DNA from: Antedon mediterranea
Lineage: Eukaryota > Animalia > Echinodermata
Reading direction: 5' to 3'
DNA length: 64,000 nt
Assembly (NCBI RefSeq): GCF_964355755.1
Contig: NC_092677.1
Location: 21,935,175 to 21,999,174, forward strand
In this document: positions 13,311 to 24,984 of the stretch, in pieces
Position numbering within the stretch: position 1 is the stretch's first letter
How the letters are laid out: each line of letters opens with the position of its first letter
Notes under the pieces: generated by a model
The model's input: only the letters and a program-made list of their open reading frames with translations
Database searches by the model: none
Told to the model about the DNA's origin: nothing
Position numbers and translations under genes: made by a program

Positions 13311-13370
13311 GTATCAATGATGATTGACTTTTATTTGTTTTCTTGGATTTATAATTATATTTCAATACAG

Positions 13371-13454
13371 CCTCTTATATTGCTGTTAGTGTTACTTCTG
13401 AAAAGGCTAAAGCTGTAGTCCCTCGATACAGGTCTAGGCAGAGAATTCAAGACA
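13371..13454 (+). CDS. FHOD3: Formin cassette exon, 84 bp, phase 1-1 (SYIAVSVTSEKAKAVVPRYRSRQRIQD)
   Basis: tacag acceptor, A|gtgagt donor, open frame. Confidence 0.7.
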
Positions 13455-13844
13455 GTGAGTTGTTCACTAGATTTGTTCACTGATAAAGGAAAATTCGATT
13501 GTAAAAATGTTTGTATTAATGTACATTAACATTCTAATGAAATATAGTCTCATACACTGATGTTTCATAATGAACAAAATATTTTTTGGTTTAGTTATCG
13601 ATACTCTAACAGTATTTTTAATACATTAATACATATTCATAATACACCCATAGCGATAACATACAATCAATAATAGTGAAGCACAACTTCTACAATTTCA
13701 ATTGTGCTTCCTACATACAATTATTATTACAGTATTTAAAAATATTTATTGATGTAAATAAATATTGTTTGTTTCTTTTAGTATTGGATTGCAGTTGCAA
13801 TTTATGACCGTAATCATATTTTATATAAAACCACTTTTTTATAG

Positions 13845-13898
13845 ATGCTGATGATATTATGAAATTATTAATGGAGGGTGATTCAACTTTAGATTGTA
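13845..13898 (+). CDS. FHOD3: Formin small exon, 54 bp, phase 1-1 (ADDIMKLLMEGDSTLDC)
   Basis: cttttttatag acceptor, A|gtgagt donor, encodes one copy of the repeated helix motif. Confidence 0.75.
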
Positions 13899-14262
13899 GT
13901 GAGTACATGTCCCTCCCTTATAGTTTACTTTCTATATCACCATTTTTCACACACAACTAAATTACCAAATCTATAAACTATTTTTGTCACTTTTTACTTT
14001 TTACACAACATAACATTACTTTAAGTAAGATTTCAATCAAAGTAAGATAGCAATACAAAGGAGAAAAATGTTATCATGTTTAAGAGGTAAAGTGTATAAT
14101 GTATTAATATTCAATTAAATATAATACAATTGAATATTAATACATTTAAAAATCATTGGAATTCTTGATCATTCTTATATGTATTCATCATTAAGTTAAA
14201 ATTTAATTAAGGGAAGAAATATTAGATTAACATCATTTCATTATACAATATTTACTCATTAG

Positions 14263-14385
14263 GTAATACAGATTTAACATCATGCAATGACATGTCAAAA
14301 GATGATAATACCATCAAGAAGTCTCTCACAGAATATCCTTCAAGACCAGTGGATAAATCTACTACACAATCATCTGTAGTGGGCA
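14263..14385 (+). CDS. FHOD3: Formin cassette exon, 123 bp, phase 1-1 (NTDLTSCNDMSK...QSSVVG); alternative in-frame acceptor at 14272
   Basis: ctcattag (or tacag) acceptor, A|gtaagt donor, open frame. Confidence 0.65.
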
Positions 14386-14820
14386 GTAAGTGTTAGAACA
14401 AGTAGAAATGTGTTTTCATTCAATTTGTTTAGAGTTTCTAACATTAGCCGTCTTATGTTATATGACAATCAATGCACATGTTTTCCCATTCCTACTGTGC
14501 AATTATATTATTACTATTTGTTCATCTGGTTGGACACTTTTTTGGTGGTTTGTGACAGTCCAGATAAATCCATTCTCTAAGTTAAAATATAGTTTTATAG
14601 GTATTCATGTAATCATAAATAAAACATAAAAAACATTTAAGACCTGATTTTATGTTCTATGCCTGTTTATATATAATAGTATTTCTTCGGAGGTCCAGCT
14701 TCGTAAATTAAAATACTGAAAGCATATCAATTCTGTCTCTGGTGCAGATGCGTATAGTGCTGTTTCACTGTACCACACCAAAAGTCCCTATCCAATTAAA
14801 TTTTGAATAATACCATGAAA

Positions 14821-14893
14821 GCCCCAGTGGTCTAATTTTAGGATATCTGCATATCAAGCAGAAGGTTCCAGGTTCAAATCTCGGTTGCGGGGA
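14821..14893 (+). pseudogene. tRNA-like sequence within a dispersed repeat (related inverted piece at ~36200-36290)
   Basis: A-box-like gtggtctaat, tctgc-atatcaa-gcaga arm, B-box ggttcaaatc; acceptor stem is poor. Confidence 0.45.
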
Positions 14894-15237
14894 CCTTTTC
14901 TCATTCTCACAGTATAAAGTATAAAGTTAAACAAATATTATTTTAAAATATTAAGTTAAACTGTTTTCTACATCTATGATACAAATAGTAATGTTAAAGA
15001 AAATGTTTAGATCTTTACTCATAATTTATGTGTAACTTTTATGTTATTCAGTAGGTATTATTTATTTTGTTAATTAACCACTGTATACAAATAATTGATA
15101 GTACAGTAGAGTGTTTTACGCAAAGCTTTATTGTGATTATTTTGTATTTGTTAAAAAAGTTTATTATGTAGTAGTATTAATTTTATTCATTACATTTAAA
15201 AACTAAATACATTTTTATGATACTTTACCCATAATAG

Positions 15238-15333
15238 AGAAAAAAACTACAGCTGATGATGAAGAAGATATATTGAAATTGCTCACGAAAGGTGACTCAT
15301 CTCCCAAGACTATGATATCTACTCATACTGAGG
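15238..15333 (+). CDS. FHOD3: Formin cassette exon, 96 bp, phase 1-1 (KKTTADDEEDILKLLTKGDSSPKTMISTHTE)
   Basis: tag acceptor, G|gtatgc donor, clear copy of the helix motif (compare DEDDEILKLLTSG in the giant exon). Confidence 0.75.
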
Positions 15334-15509
15334 GTATGCCATCTACTACAGTTTTGTTGCATCTTCTAATCAATTGAATATAATTTTATCTTTCTAGCTT
15401 TTTTATATTGTTTAGCCTAAATTGAATTTATGTTCATTCTTATTAATAGAAAGAAATGTTTATTTTGTTAGTGAAATAGTATATGTTGATTGATTTGTTT
15501 TTCTTTAAG

Positions 15510-15572
15510 AACTAGTTCCTTATTTTTCTCGAAAATGGAAGCCACGATTTGCAACATCTACTCAGCTTGTCA
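15510..15572 (+). CDS. FHOD3: Formin small exon, 63 bp, phase 1-1 (LVPYFSRKWKPRFATSTQLV)
   Basis: tttttctttaag acceptor, A|gtgagt donor, open frame. Confidence 0.6.
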
Positions 15573-16284
15573 GTGAGTGCAATTTATATGATTGCAGCAT
15601 TAGCATGTTGTCTTTCTCAGGATTCCTCATAATTCTTCTAACTGATTGCCACATATTCATTTCTAATTTTGCAATAATGATACATAACATTTACTTAATA
15701 AGTTTTGTATGTGGTGTTTTTATTTTTAAACTTTATTTTTGAATCCACAGCAATATTCAGAACTATTTGACGTTTTTCATACATATTTAAAATATTGTTG
15801 CATTTGCTTTTATATCATTCATTACTTATTCATAATTGTTTTTGATAAATTTGTGTTGTATTATTATATTTATTGATTGCATGGCCTACTAACTATTGAT
15901 ATAGGCGCAGAGAGAGACACATACACAACATTATTTATTTGTTTGTTTTCTTCTTCAAGATGTTAACTAATATATTAATAAAGAAAAAGTCATGGTTTTT
16001 CTTTTTAGCTTAGTTTGAAAAAGACTAGCTGTTTAGATTTAGATTTACTACTACTGTGATACCAGAGAAGGTGGCAGAAACCATTGCACAGCCAATTCAA
16101 AGATCATGATGAACAATTAATTACAAAGGTTCATCAACTGAAACATTATCTTGCAGCCAACCTTTTAATTTGTGCTATTAATAACACTCAATATCTAGGT
16201 CATGCTGTGTTGTTGCAGTGTCAATCATAAATTGTTTTCAATTGTTTACTCTTTAAATAATATTGGTGATGATTTATTTTTAAG

Positions 16285-16344
16285 GTGATACTGAAATTGG
16301 TAATGGTGAAGAAACAACAAAAGTTGAGGGCGAGCAAGTGGATG
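16285..16344 (+). CDS. FHOD3: Formin small exon, 60 bp, phase 1-1 (DTEIGNGEETTKVEGEQVD)
   Basis: tttttaag acceptor, G|gtaagc donor, purine-rich open frame. Confidence 0.7.
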
Positions 16345-16957
16345 GTAAGCGTGCTTTCTTTGCACGCAAAATTTATTAACCTACTACCTACATGCACATG
16401 ATATACAATGCATGTAGATAATATTTACATTTTGTACTAAAAATATATAATGTAATATCTATATTGTGTTTATTAACGGTGATTTTAACTGTGTATGTTA
16501 CAACTAATCCAACTATTTTATTACCAGTTTTTACTATTTTCTTATTTTTTAAACTTACAAAAACAATATACAAATTATTTTGGTTAAGATTCATTGATGA
16601 AGTGGTTCTTTCAATCGTTACATGTAAGCTGGTATATTGTGCAGGAAATCCTGTATATACCGACTTTAGTGAGAAGGGTTAATGTATATCCAGCTAATAA
16701 ATAATGCTTGACAAAATTATACTTTTTTTAGATAGACACCCTTTAATCATATTGGCGGTGAATTAAATTCTAATAATCTAGTACAATTTATATTGCACAT
16801 GGATTAACCTAATTTTATTGTAGTTTGAAAATTTGCGATTAAAGACATTGATAAACTTTATTGCATAAGATAATATAAAGGATTTTGTTCTCTCAGTATG
16901 CTTGTCTTTCATCACAGGAACTATTCTTAGTAATCTATATATTATAAATTGTTTAAG

Positions 16958-17800
16958 TAAGGGCAAAATTTGGTAAATTGCGCGTTACTTCTACAATTTT
17001 TACTCGATGGTATATAAAGTTGGTTCATACTTTCAGTACTGATTTTAACCACCTGATGTAACCCTGTTTACTAATTAAATTGAGTTAGATAATTAGTTAT
17101 TGACAATTAAAACAAATTTGGGTTCAACAACAAATAGGGGTGTTTTCCGATCATGGTACTGTCCAATAGATGTCCATCTCGAAAAATAGCTGCACACAAT
17201 AATACGAAAATGATTGACATTTACCTATCTCCTTCTACAATAATTGTTTTTAATGACTGAAAACAGGTCAAACAGGTCGAGTACAGCATCATAATGTTGA
17301 AGACAGACCAAATTTCTTTAAAAAATACAATTTGAATAGATTTAGTATACGTTTACACAAACCTATTGATTGACCATAAATGGAACATTCCAATCACTCA
17401 GTCTTCCAGTTCAGTATAAATATTTGGTATAACGCAGTAGGTTAATTTATGGGGTGTATATAAATAATATGTTATAAATATAATAATGTGGTTATATATA
17501 AATAATGAATTTGGAGAAAAAAAATACATAAACCATTTTGAAGCGCAGATTCCTTAAATTAGTCCAGTAAAAGTATTGTTGAACCTAGAACAAATTGCAA
17601 CAAATTTGGACTCATTTTGTGACAAGTTTCTCGTTAGGAAGTAATTTCCAGTGTGCTAATTTTAGTTGACTACATAAATCACTGTGTCTATTAATTTCTG
17701 TAAACGACATTACGTGCTCCCTATACATAAATTTGAAATCGCTAGTTTTTTTTTACGCTGAAATTAGTGTGTATTCGAGAATCATCTGTGGGCACAACCT
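16958..17800. mobile_element. Dispersed non-autonomous DNA-element family (fragments also at ~34715-34950, ~35300-35565, ~44335-44402, ~45200-45660, inverted ~46310-46650, ~53510-53650)
   Basis: Shared blocks aagggcaaaatt..tttttactcgatggtatataaagttggttcat, gagttagataattagtt and gtacagcatcataatgttgaagaca. Confidence 0.7.
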
Positions 17801-18668
17801 AGATGGTTCGCGAGTGAAGCGAGAGTGCCATCTAGTATTTATAAGTTTGCTTGACCCATTCTGGTAGAAAACCATACTGGCATGGTAATATAGCATAGCC
17901 TGTATATTCCTAAGACACAGTTCTAAGAGAAAAGGGTTTTGTGTTTTCACCCATTATACACATTTACATTCCTTGTCTTAACATCAAGAATGATAGAGCC
18001 ACATCAGAAGAGATGAATATATTTATGCATTTTTAAAACATTCTTTTCATTTTATTATTTTATCATTTCTAACAATAATTTTATTTTTCTTAACATCTTG
18101 TCTTCAATGAACCAATGGTATTATCAACATGATTTGCCTGCTGGCTACTGTTATAGATGATTGTGAATAAGTGCTGTAGTGCCCTATATTTTGTTGGTAC
18201 TTAAATAAAGGACACAGAATATGCACGCTTGGTAGCCAACATTCTAAATCACTCATATTTTATTTTGCATCAATGTATCTACATATGTATATTATTACAT
18301 TATTCCCACTAAGTATGTGGTGGTAGTCAATAGTCCTCTGCTCTACAGACAACCATATTGCACAATAATGTAACATTGACCTACCGTAACTGTTCTGGAT
18401 CTTGAAATATACAAATTTCTAATTATTAATTGATTAGCATGCTTAGCTTTTCAACATCTCAAATGTATTTGAGACCTGTCATTAACAAAATTTGAAAATT
18501 TAAAAATGCATTAATTAGATTTTTAAATCTACAATCAAAACTGGACAATTTAGATACTTATTTTAAAATAAATTATACAACATTGATGTTGTTAAAGACA
18601 GGTTTCAGTTTGAATTCAATTGATGTTATTGTAGTTGGTGCTGACTAGAACTAACATCTTTTTTGCAG

Positions 18669-18728
18669 AAGGCTATGATACCCTACCTAAGCAAACTAAT
18701 GGCGAGATATCTACACCTGAACCAAATA
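18669..18728 (+). CDS. FHOD3: Formin small exon, 60 bp, phase 1-1 (GYDTLPKQTNGEISTPEPN)
   Basis: actaac branch-like site + tcttttttgcag acceptor, A|gtaagt donor. Confidence 0.75.
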
Positions 18729-20579
18729 GTAAGTTGTAGTTAACCGTTTCTCTCCCCACATCACACCCCACCCTCCACCCACTTACTATGCCATTTTTCT
18801 GCTTATTTAACATTTTGCCTTGGAATCACATGTAACATACTTTCAATACACAGCTAAGCTCATAAAGCACTGTTTGTAACTATTACAGTTTCAATACAAA
18901 AATAGCGCAAACAAAATTTTGTGCGAGAGGCTGATTACCATCGATGATGATGATGATAATCGACTTGTGTGATTCTCAGTCATGCGTAAAATAACTTCAA
19001 AATTCGTATGTCTGTAATTCACAAAAAGATTTTTACACGTTCTCCAGGGACGTTTTGAGGGGGGTGTCACAAACTCATTTTACATATGTTTCCGAGCAAT
19101 TGAAAATACTTTAGGAACTCCCCTGTGACATAAAAGTATATACACAAAATCTACAAAGTTGTAAAATAACTAAAAAATAAAGCTTTAATTTTAATCAACT
19201 TCAATCTTCACTAATCCAGTAAGCACTTTAAACAACAGCTTCACAATAACTTTTACAATCTAATATCCAACCGTCTTCATCAAAAATCCTTCTTACAATT
19301 GTCATACTTCCCCTTATATACAATGTTCATAACCTTCTAGATCATTCTTTATACTTCTTATTCTATTGGATTACAGTTTCTATTAATAGCAGGAATAATG
19401 TTCCTGATTGTTCTTATATTAATTATACATGGTTTCTTAAATCTAAACATACTCTTATTCTAGAATGTTCATGTAGACACTATGGTACTGTATATGTTAG
19501 GAATGGTAATTTATTACAGGGGATTGTTATCGTGCAAAACATTTAATTTGACTATAGTAAAAGCTTCAGAATGATTGATCTACATGTTTAGCCAATAAAA
19601 TGATATTGATAGGAACTCTTTCATATCCATTTTGACAATTTTAAAAAGATTTCACACTTTTATACAAATCAGATATACTAAATGTATCTTGTCTAAATCA
19701 TTTTTAGGTATAATCTAATCTTTGAGAACTTTTTCGATTTTGTGTCATGATAAAACTTTGAAAATCAAATTTGTGAAACCGTGTGAAAAACTTATATCTT
19801 GAAATATTTATTTTGTGATTAATATAAAATATGTTGTAAGGAATATTTGTGCAAAACATTGATAATCAACTTATGTAAGGGTATTTTTTCACCAAGATGA
19901 AGAACAAATGCCGTTAAAAAGCCTACACTGGATGGTAGTTTTCTATCTTTACGTAAAGCAGAAGCCATCTTAAAAAATGACAACTTTTTCTGACCAGTAA
20001 AGTGTTGGTTTGGGCACAATTGGTAAATTCCAAGCTAGCAGTAGTCTAAAATTTGACTTGTATGAAATGTATGCTAATCACAGGACCATTTCACAGTAAA
20101 ATGATATAAATATGGTGTCCTAAAAACGCATTGTTATTTATTTTTTCATACTCGGCTTGTCACAATGTCTGTCATATTTTGTTTTAAAAATCTGACCATG
20201 TAATAGTAGCTTAAATTATTGAAAATTGAAAAATAATGCATGGCATGCGATACAAAATCAACCAATTTTTTTTGTGTTATTATTACTATACTATATAAGA
20301 CTAAATGAAAAATAATCATGTCAAAAATCTTATTTTGATTATGTGAACGAATGTTAAGACACAGAAAGAATTTGCGTGTTTTGTTCGGGAACGCAAGTGA
20401 TCACCGTCTTCAGCTTAAATAAGCTTGATGTTAAGCTCAAACATCTATTCATAATTTGTTTCACACTTTAATTCTGTTTTGGGCGCGTTAGGCCCCGTGT
20501 CTAAACTAGCGTAGGCTAGGCCTACAACACAGTAGGTCTTTTTTAGGAGGCCTAATTAAATATTTTAGAATTTAGTGTA

Positions 20580-22095
20580 CCGTATATTTCGGTGTATAAG
20601 TCGCACCTGTGTATAAGACGCACCCCCTAACTGAGAGTAAAATATCGGTATTTTGTATATCGTCGATGTATAAGACGGCCGCGCCCAGCCTCAACAAGAA
20701 GGGAAGTCCCCCATTCCGTCAGTTCTTTCTAACTTGTTATTCATGAGTTTCGCACCCGCAACATCGAGTGCATGACCGCACGTGTGTGTGGGCTAGCCTC
20801 GCTCGATCCTTTTATCGAGAGGCGCACGTTTTCACGGACAATCGTATTCGATTAGTATCTATGTATCCTAGAAGTGTGTACGCTAGGTCTATGCTATACG
20901 GAAGCCCGTTCGGGCCACAAGTTAACTATATTTTAAAAGCTGTTATCTGGCGGCCGCCACTTAATTATCTGGCGGCTGCCACTTAATTATCTGGCGGCCG
21001 CCACTTAATAATTAGTACATGTCCCATCACGTGACATGTACGTGCATTGGATCAGAGGCGATGTTGCATGCAATAAAATATGGAACGCAAGTAATCTCTT
21101 CACATGCGGTGACGTCATGCTCTCAAACTATTTCATTATGCTCTTATACCGCACACCATTATCTTATACTCATTCCTAATGCTCTTATGTGCATAACTAA
21201 TCCTCTTATACTCATTCTTAATGCTCTTATACTCTTTCTTAATGCTCTTATAATCTTTCTTAATGCTTTTATACTCTTTCTTAAAGCTCAAATGCTCTTT
21301 CGTCATGCTCTTATGTGACTTTCCATGCTCTTATGCTCTTTCGTCATTCTAAATTATGCGACGTATCATGCTCTTATGAGGTAACTAAAAATCCATCGAC
21401 ACATTTTCGACGCACGTGGCGCACTACTTCAAATGTAAAATAATCGACGGCTGTACAAATAAGTCTAGGAAAGTTACAATTATCTTAATTATTATTATTA
21501 ATAGGTGGCCGCCAGATATTTAAGTGGCGGCCGCCAGATAATTAAGTGGCAGCCGCCAGATAATTAAGTGGCGGCCGCCAGATAATTAAGTGGTGGCCGT
21601 CAGATAACAGCTTTTAAAATATAGTTAACTTGTGGCCCGAACGGGCTTCCGTAATGCTATAATCAACTGGAGAATATACTAGTCGAATACTGTACACCAT
21701 GTGGTTGCCAAGAAGGGCTCGCTCGCGCTGGGGGTCGGCGATTGTGCGTATAACTATAATACTATTCCAATCGTAAACGTTTACAAATGAAATTTTATCG
21801 GAGCGCCTAAAACAGCTCCATAATGAACAAATCTTTTCATCATATTTAGTACAAAATCACGCTAAAATGCCTTGAAAACTAGCAGGTTGCTGTTACGCTA
21901 GTACACTGTAGCTAGGCTAGGCCTACTCTTTAGTAATAGGCCTAGGCCAATTTCCTTAAAAAGCCCAGGCCTAGCCAACGAGGTGGCGATATCTGTGTGT
22001 TGAGGCATTTATGTTCGGTGTATAAATAAGATGCACCCTTAATTTAGAGGTTCAATTTGCGTGTCAAAAGTGCAATTATACACCAACATATACGG
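20580..22095. mobile_element. Tc1/mariner-superfamily Tc2/pogo-like non-autonomous element
   Basis: TA|ccgtatatttcggtgtataa ... ttatacaccaacatatacgg|TA: CCGTA termini with TA TSD. Confidence 0.7.
20897..21653. mobile_element. IS3EU-like MITE nested in the Tc2-like element
   Basis: Near-perfect TIRs of ~110 bp starting TACGGAAGCCC, 6-bp TSD ATGCTA (20891-20896 / 21654-21659), subterminal 22-bp repeats with GCGGCCGC, internal 21-bp repeats. Confidence 0.8.
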
Positions 22096-22334
22096 TACGT
22101 TATTATTTTAATTGTTTCATCCTCGCACACTCGATTTTTACACCTTTTCGGCCAAAACGAATCATAAAACAAGTTTTTTTTTTAAAGCGCCCTCAACGTA
22201 AAAAAAAAACACTTTTTTCTTATCTCCGCCCCAAATTTTTGCCGAAATTAGGGGCGGCGGATGACAGCAAACAAATATAGATATACCGCTTTGAATACTT
22301 TGTCTAAAGTGAAGAAATTAAAATAAATGTTTAG

Positions 22335-23900
22335 TTGTTAGGTGATCATTTAGAATAAAATGATCACCTATTGTTATTGTATAAAATCTTTATTGGTTAT
22401 CCGCAACGAAGTTGCAGGATAACCTCTTGTGATTGTACGAAATCATCATCATCATCATCAACATCATCTTTTTATTAGGTGATCATTTGTTATCATTGTT
22501 ATTGTATGAACTCTTTGTTATTAGGTGATCATTTAGAATAAAATGATCACCTATTGTTATTGTATAAAATCTTTATTCTTATGATTCTTCTTTATTTCTC
22601 TCTGTACAGATTTTGTGTAACAAATATCTCAAAAAATTTAATGTTAATGATTACCAAAATTTCACAATGTCTTTCAAATACTTTAACTTAGTCCTAATAA
22701 GCTTTTCAGCGTGATCACTCATCCGTGACGTCATTTATACGCCATTTTGTGAAATCACATTATCAATCATATCTCCATAATTCATTATCACATATTAACG
22801 AAATTCACAACACGTAAACTTCAGGTCAAGGGTAAAAATATTAGCAAATAAAAACGCACGCGCACGTAGGGTCATGCGCGTGAAATTGCGCGTTAAAAAT
22901 TTAAAAAGCTCAAAATTAAGTTTTGATCAATTTAGAGCATGAATTGGGCCATTTGAGTGTTTCAAAAAATTACAGCGCAAAAACACGTTTTTGCGCGCGT
23001 GATACTTAAAAAGCGTAAAAATACGATTTTTTTGTACAAATCGCATTCTACTCACCATCCTTAGTACATTCACCAAATTTGAGTCAGTTCCGACTTAAAA
23101 TAACGCTATACGAGCAGGTTAAAAATGACAAAATGCGCAAATTAATTGCATCAAAGTGCTGAAAATGGTGAAAAAAAAGGCATTTTTTAAATGAAAATAT
23201 TTCTTCAGAATGCATGATGACCCCAACATTTTTAAACTTATTCTGGAAGCCATTGAGTTGTAGATATGAATTCATGTACATATTTTACATACAAAATGTT
23301 ATTACGTCATCAAATGGCCACTTGAATTTAAAATAAAGTTTTTTTTTCTTTTTAGTCATATTGTATCACATTCAATAGAACGCATCTCTGTTATTTTGTG
23401 CCCGATTTTCGCTCAAATTTTAGTATGTGATTGCTCAATTAATTGACTTTCTCAGGACTTGCCACTATTTTTATTTTGACGACATCATCACGCGTAAAAA
23501 CTTGAATAACGTAGGTCGTGTAATTTCACCTTCGCCGTAAATTTGAATATCTTACAGCTCTTCAGAATTGAAGGTTACATTGATGATTATTTATATGAAA
23601 TAATAATTTATTATGAAAGCTGATGAAATGTAGATATGAATTCATATAAAAACCAAGCCTATCGGATGTTGTGACGTTAACATATGGCCAGTTGAAGTTA
23701 AAAAGTAGTTTTTTCATCTTTTTCGTCAAAGTTATACAAATTTCAAAGAGCGCGCACAGCGCTTCTACGTGCCAGATTCTCTTCCAATTCTTATATTTAT
23801 TTGCTCAATTCATTATCTTTCGAAATTGTCATCTTTGAGTTTATTTTGATAATTCCATCATACCATAAAATTAGAACATGATGTGTGTCCCGTAATTTCA
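22335..23900 (+). mobile_element. Cluster of Helentron/HINE-like fragments
   Basis: Repeated hairpin heads aggtgatcattt-agaat-aaaatgatcacct and ggttatccgcaac..gttgcaggataacc followed by (atc)n. Internal blocks are related to 44940-45085 and 48565-48710. Confidence 0.55.
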
Positions 23901-24195
23901 CCTATGCTACACTGTATATAGATATACAGTATATACTGTACATATTGTATATGGCATATAATAGGCACAACGCAGCACTATAACTTCAACTTTTTACGAT
24001 CGTATGTTAACGTACATGCATGTTTCAAAAATGTTAATTTCATTAAAATGATAAAAATTATGATTTATTATTTGCTCTATTATGCTATTATTTTAATAAT
24101 CATAGTTTTTAATATTTTTAGAAAATTATACAATTTGAAGTTTTAATAAAACTATTTGTATTCTAACTACGAAAGTGATGGTGTAATGATAATAT

Positions 24196-24322
24196 CCTTA
24201 GGCAAGATGCTTTACTCTCATTGCCTCGTCCTTCGAATGGGATGTAAATCTATTGGTCCCGTGTTCATAATAGTGCACGTTAAAGAACTACTGTATTCAA
24301 AAAGAATAGGGGATAATCTCCA
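24196..24322 (+). mobile_element. Degenerate Deu/Nin-domain SINE fragment
   Basis: tccttaggcaagatgcttt..cttcgaatgggatgtaaa..ggtcccgtg..gcacgttaaagaac..aagaatagggg resembles the core of the SINE at 42305-42636. Confidence 0.5.
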
Positions 24323-24346
24323 ATTATATTTATTTTTAATTACTAG

Positions 24347-24445
24347 GGTTAGCTGTGCCATTATCAATATCTACAACATCTTTAACAGCAATATCACCTA
24401 GACGATCAAGAAGAATGGAAGAAATAGAAACATCAACAACTGAAG
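24347..24445 (+). CDS. FHOD3: Formin cassette exon, 99 bp, phase 1-1 (LAVPLSISTTSLTAISPRRSRRMEEIETSTTE)
   Basis: tactag acceptor, G|gtaaaa donor, overlaps ORF 24355-24537. Confidence 0.7.
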
Positions 24446-24921
24446 GTAAAAAAGGGTTAAACTTACTTTTTACTGTTCTGTTCTCTCATAGTGCTTTGTT
24501 TAATTTGAACATGGAGGAACCTCTGTGGTTTAAATAAATCGCCTGCTTTGAATATTTCCCCCACCCAATTTTGGTCCAATTTTTTTAACTACCATTTCAA
24601 ATTTTTGAAATGATTTTTCCTAGTCGTCAATATATCTTTAAACATATACAAAAATGGAATTGTCATCCATGAACACTTGCAAGAATGTTCTCTTTTAATG
24701 AATGGGAATATTCTCAAGTTTTCACAAAACTTCCATGTGATTGGATGCAAGTGTTCAACAATTCCCCGTTCAATTTTAAGTTAGTATTAATTCAAAGAAT
24801 TATGCTAGAATGCACTTCATATTTTCTAATGCAGCTTTTCACTCACACTTTTGGTTCACTTTTACAATATTCTATGAAATGCATATTTCATTACCTTTTT
24901 CATATGCTTTGTTGCTTAAAG

Positions 24922-24972
24922 CAAAACCAGTTAGAAGACGTAGACGTCGACAGGATGGAGGTGATTCAACAG
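24922..24972 (+). CDS. FHOD3: Formin microexon, 51 bp, phase 1-1 (KPVRRRRRRQDGGDST)
   Basis: gcttaaag acceptor, CAG|gtagcg donor, poly-Arg frame. Confidence 0.55.
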
Positions 24973-24984
24973 GTAGCGAATTCT

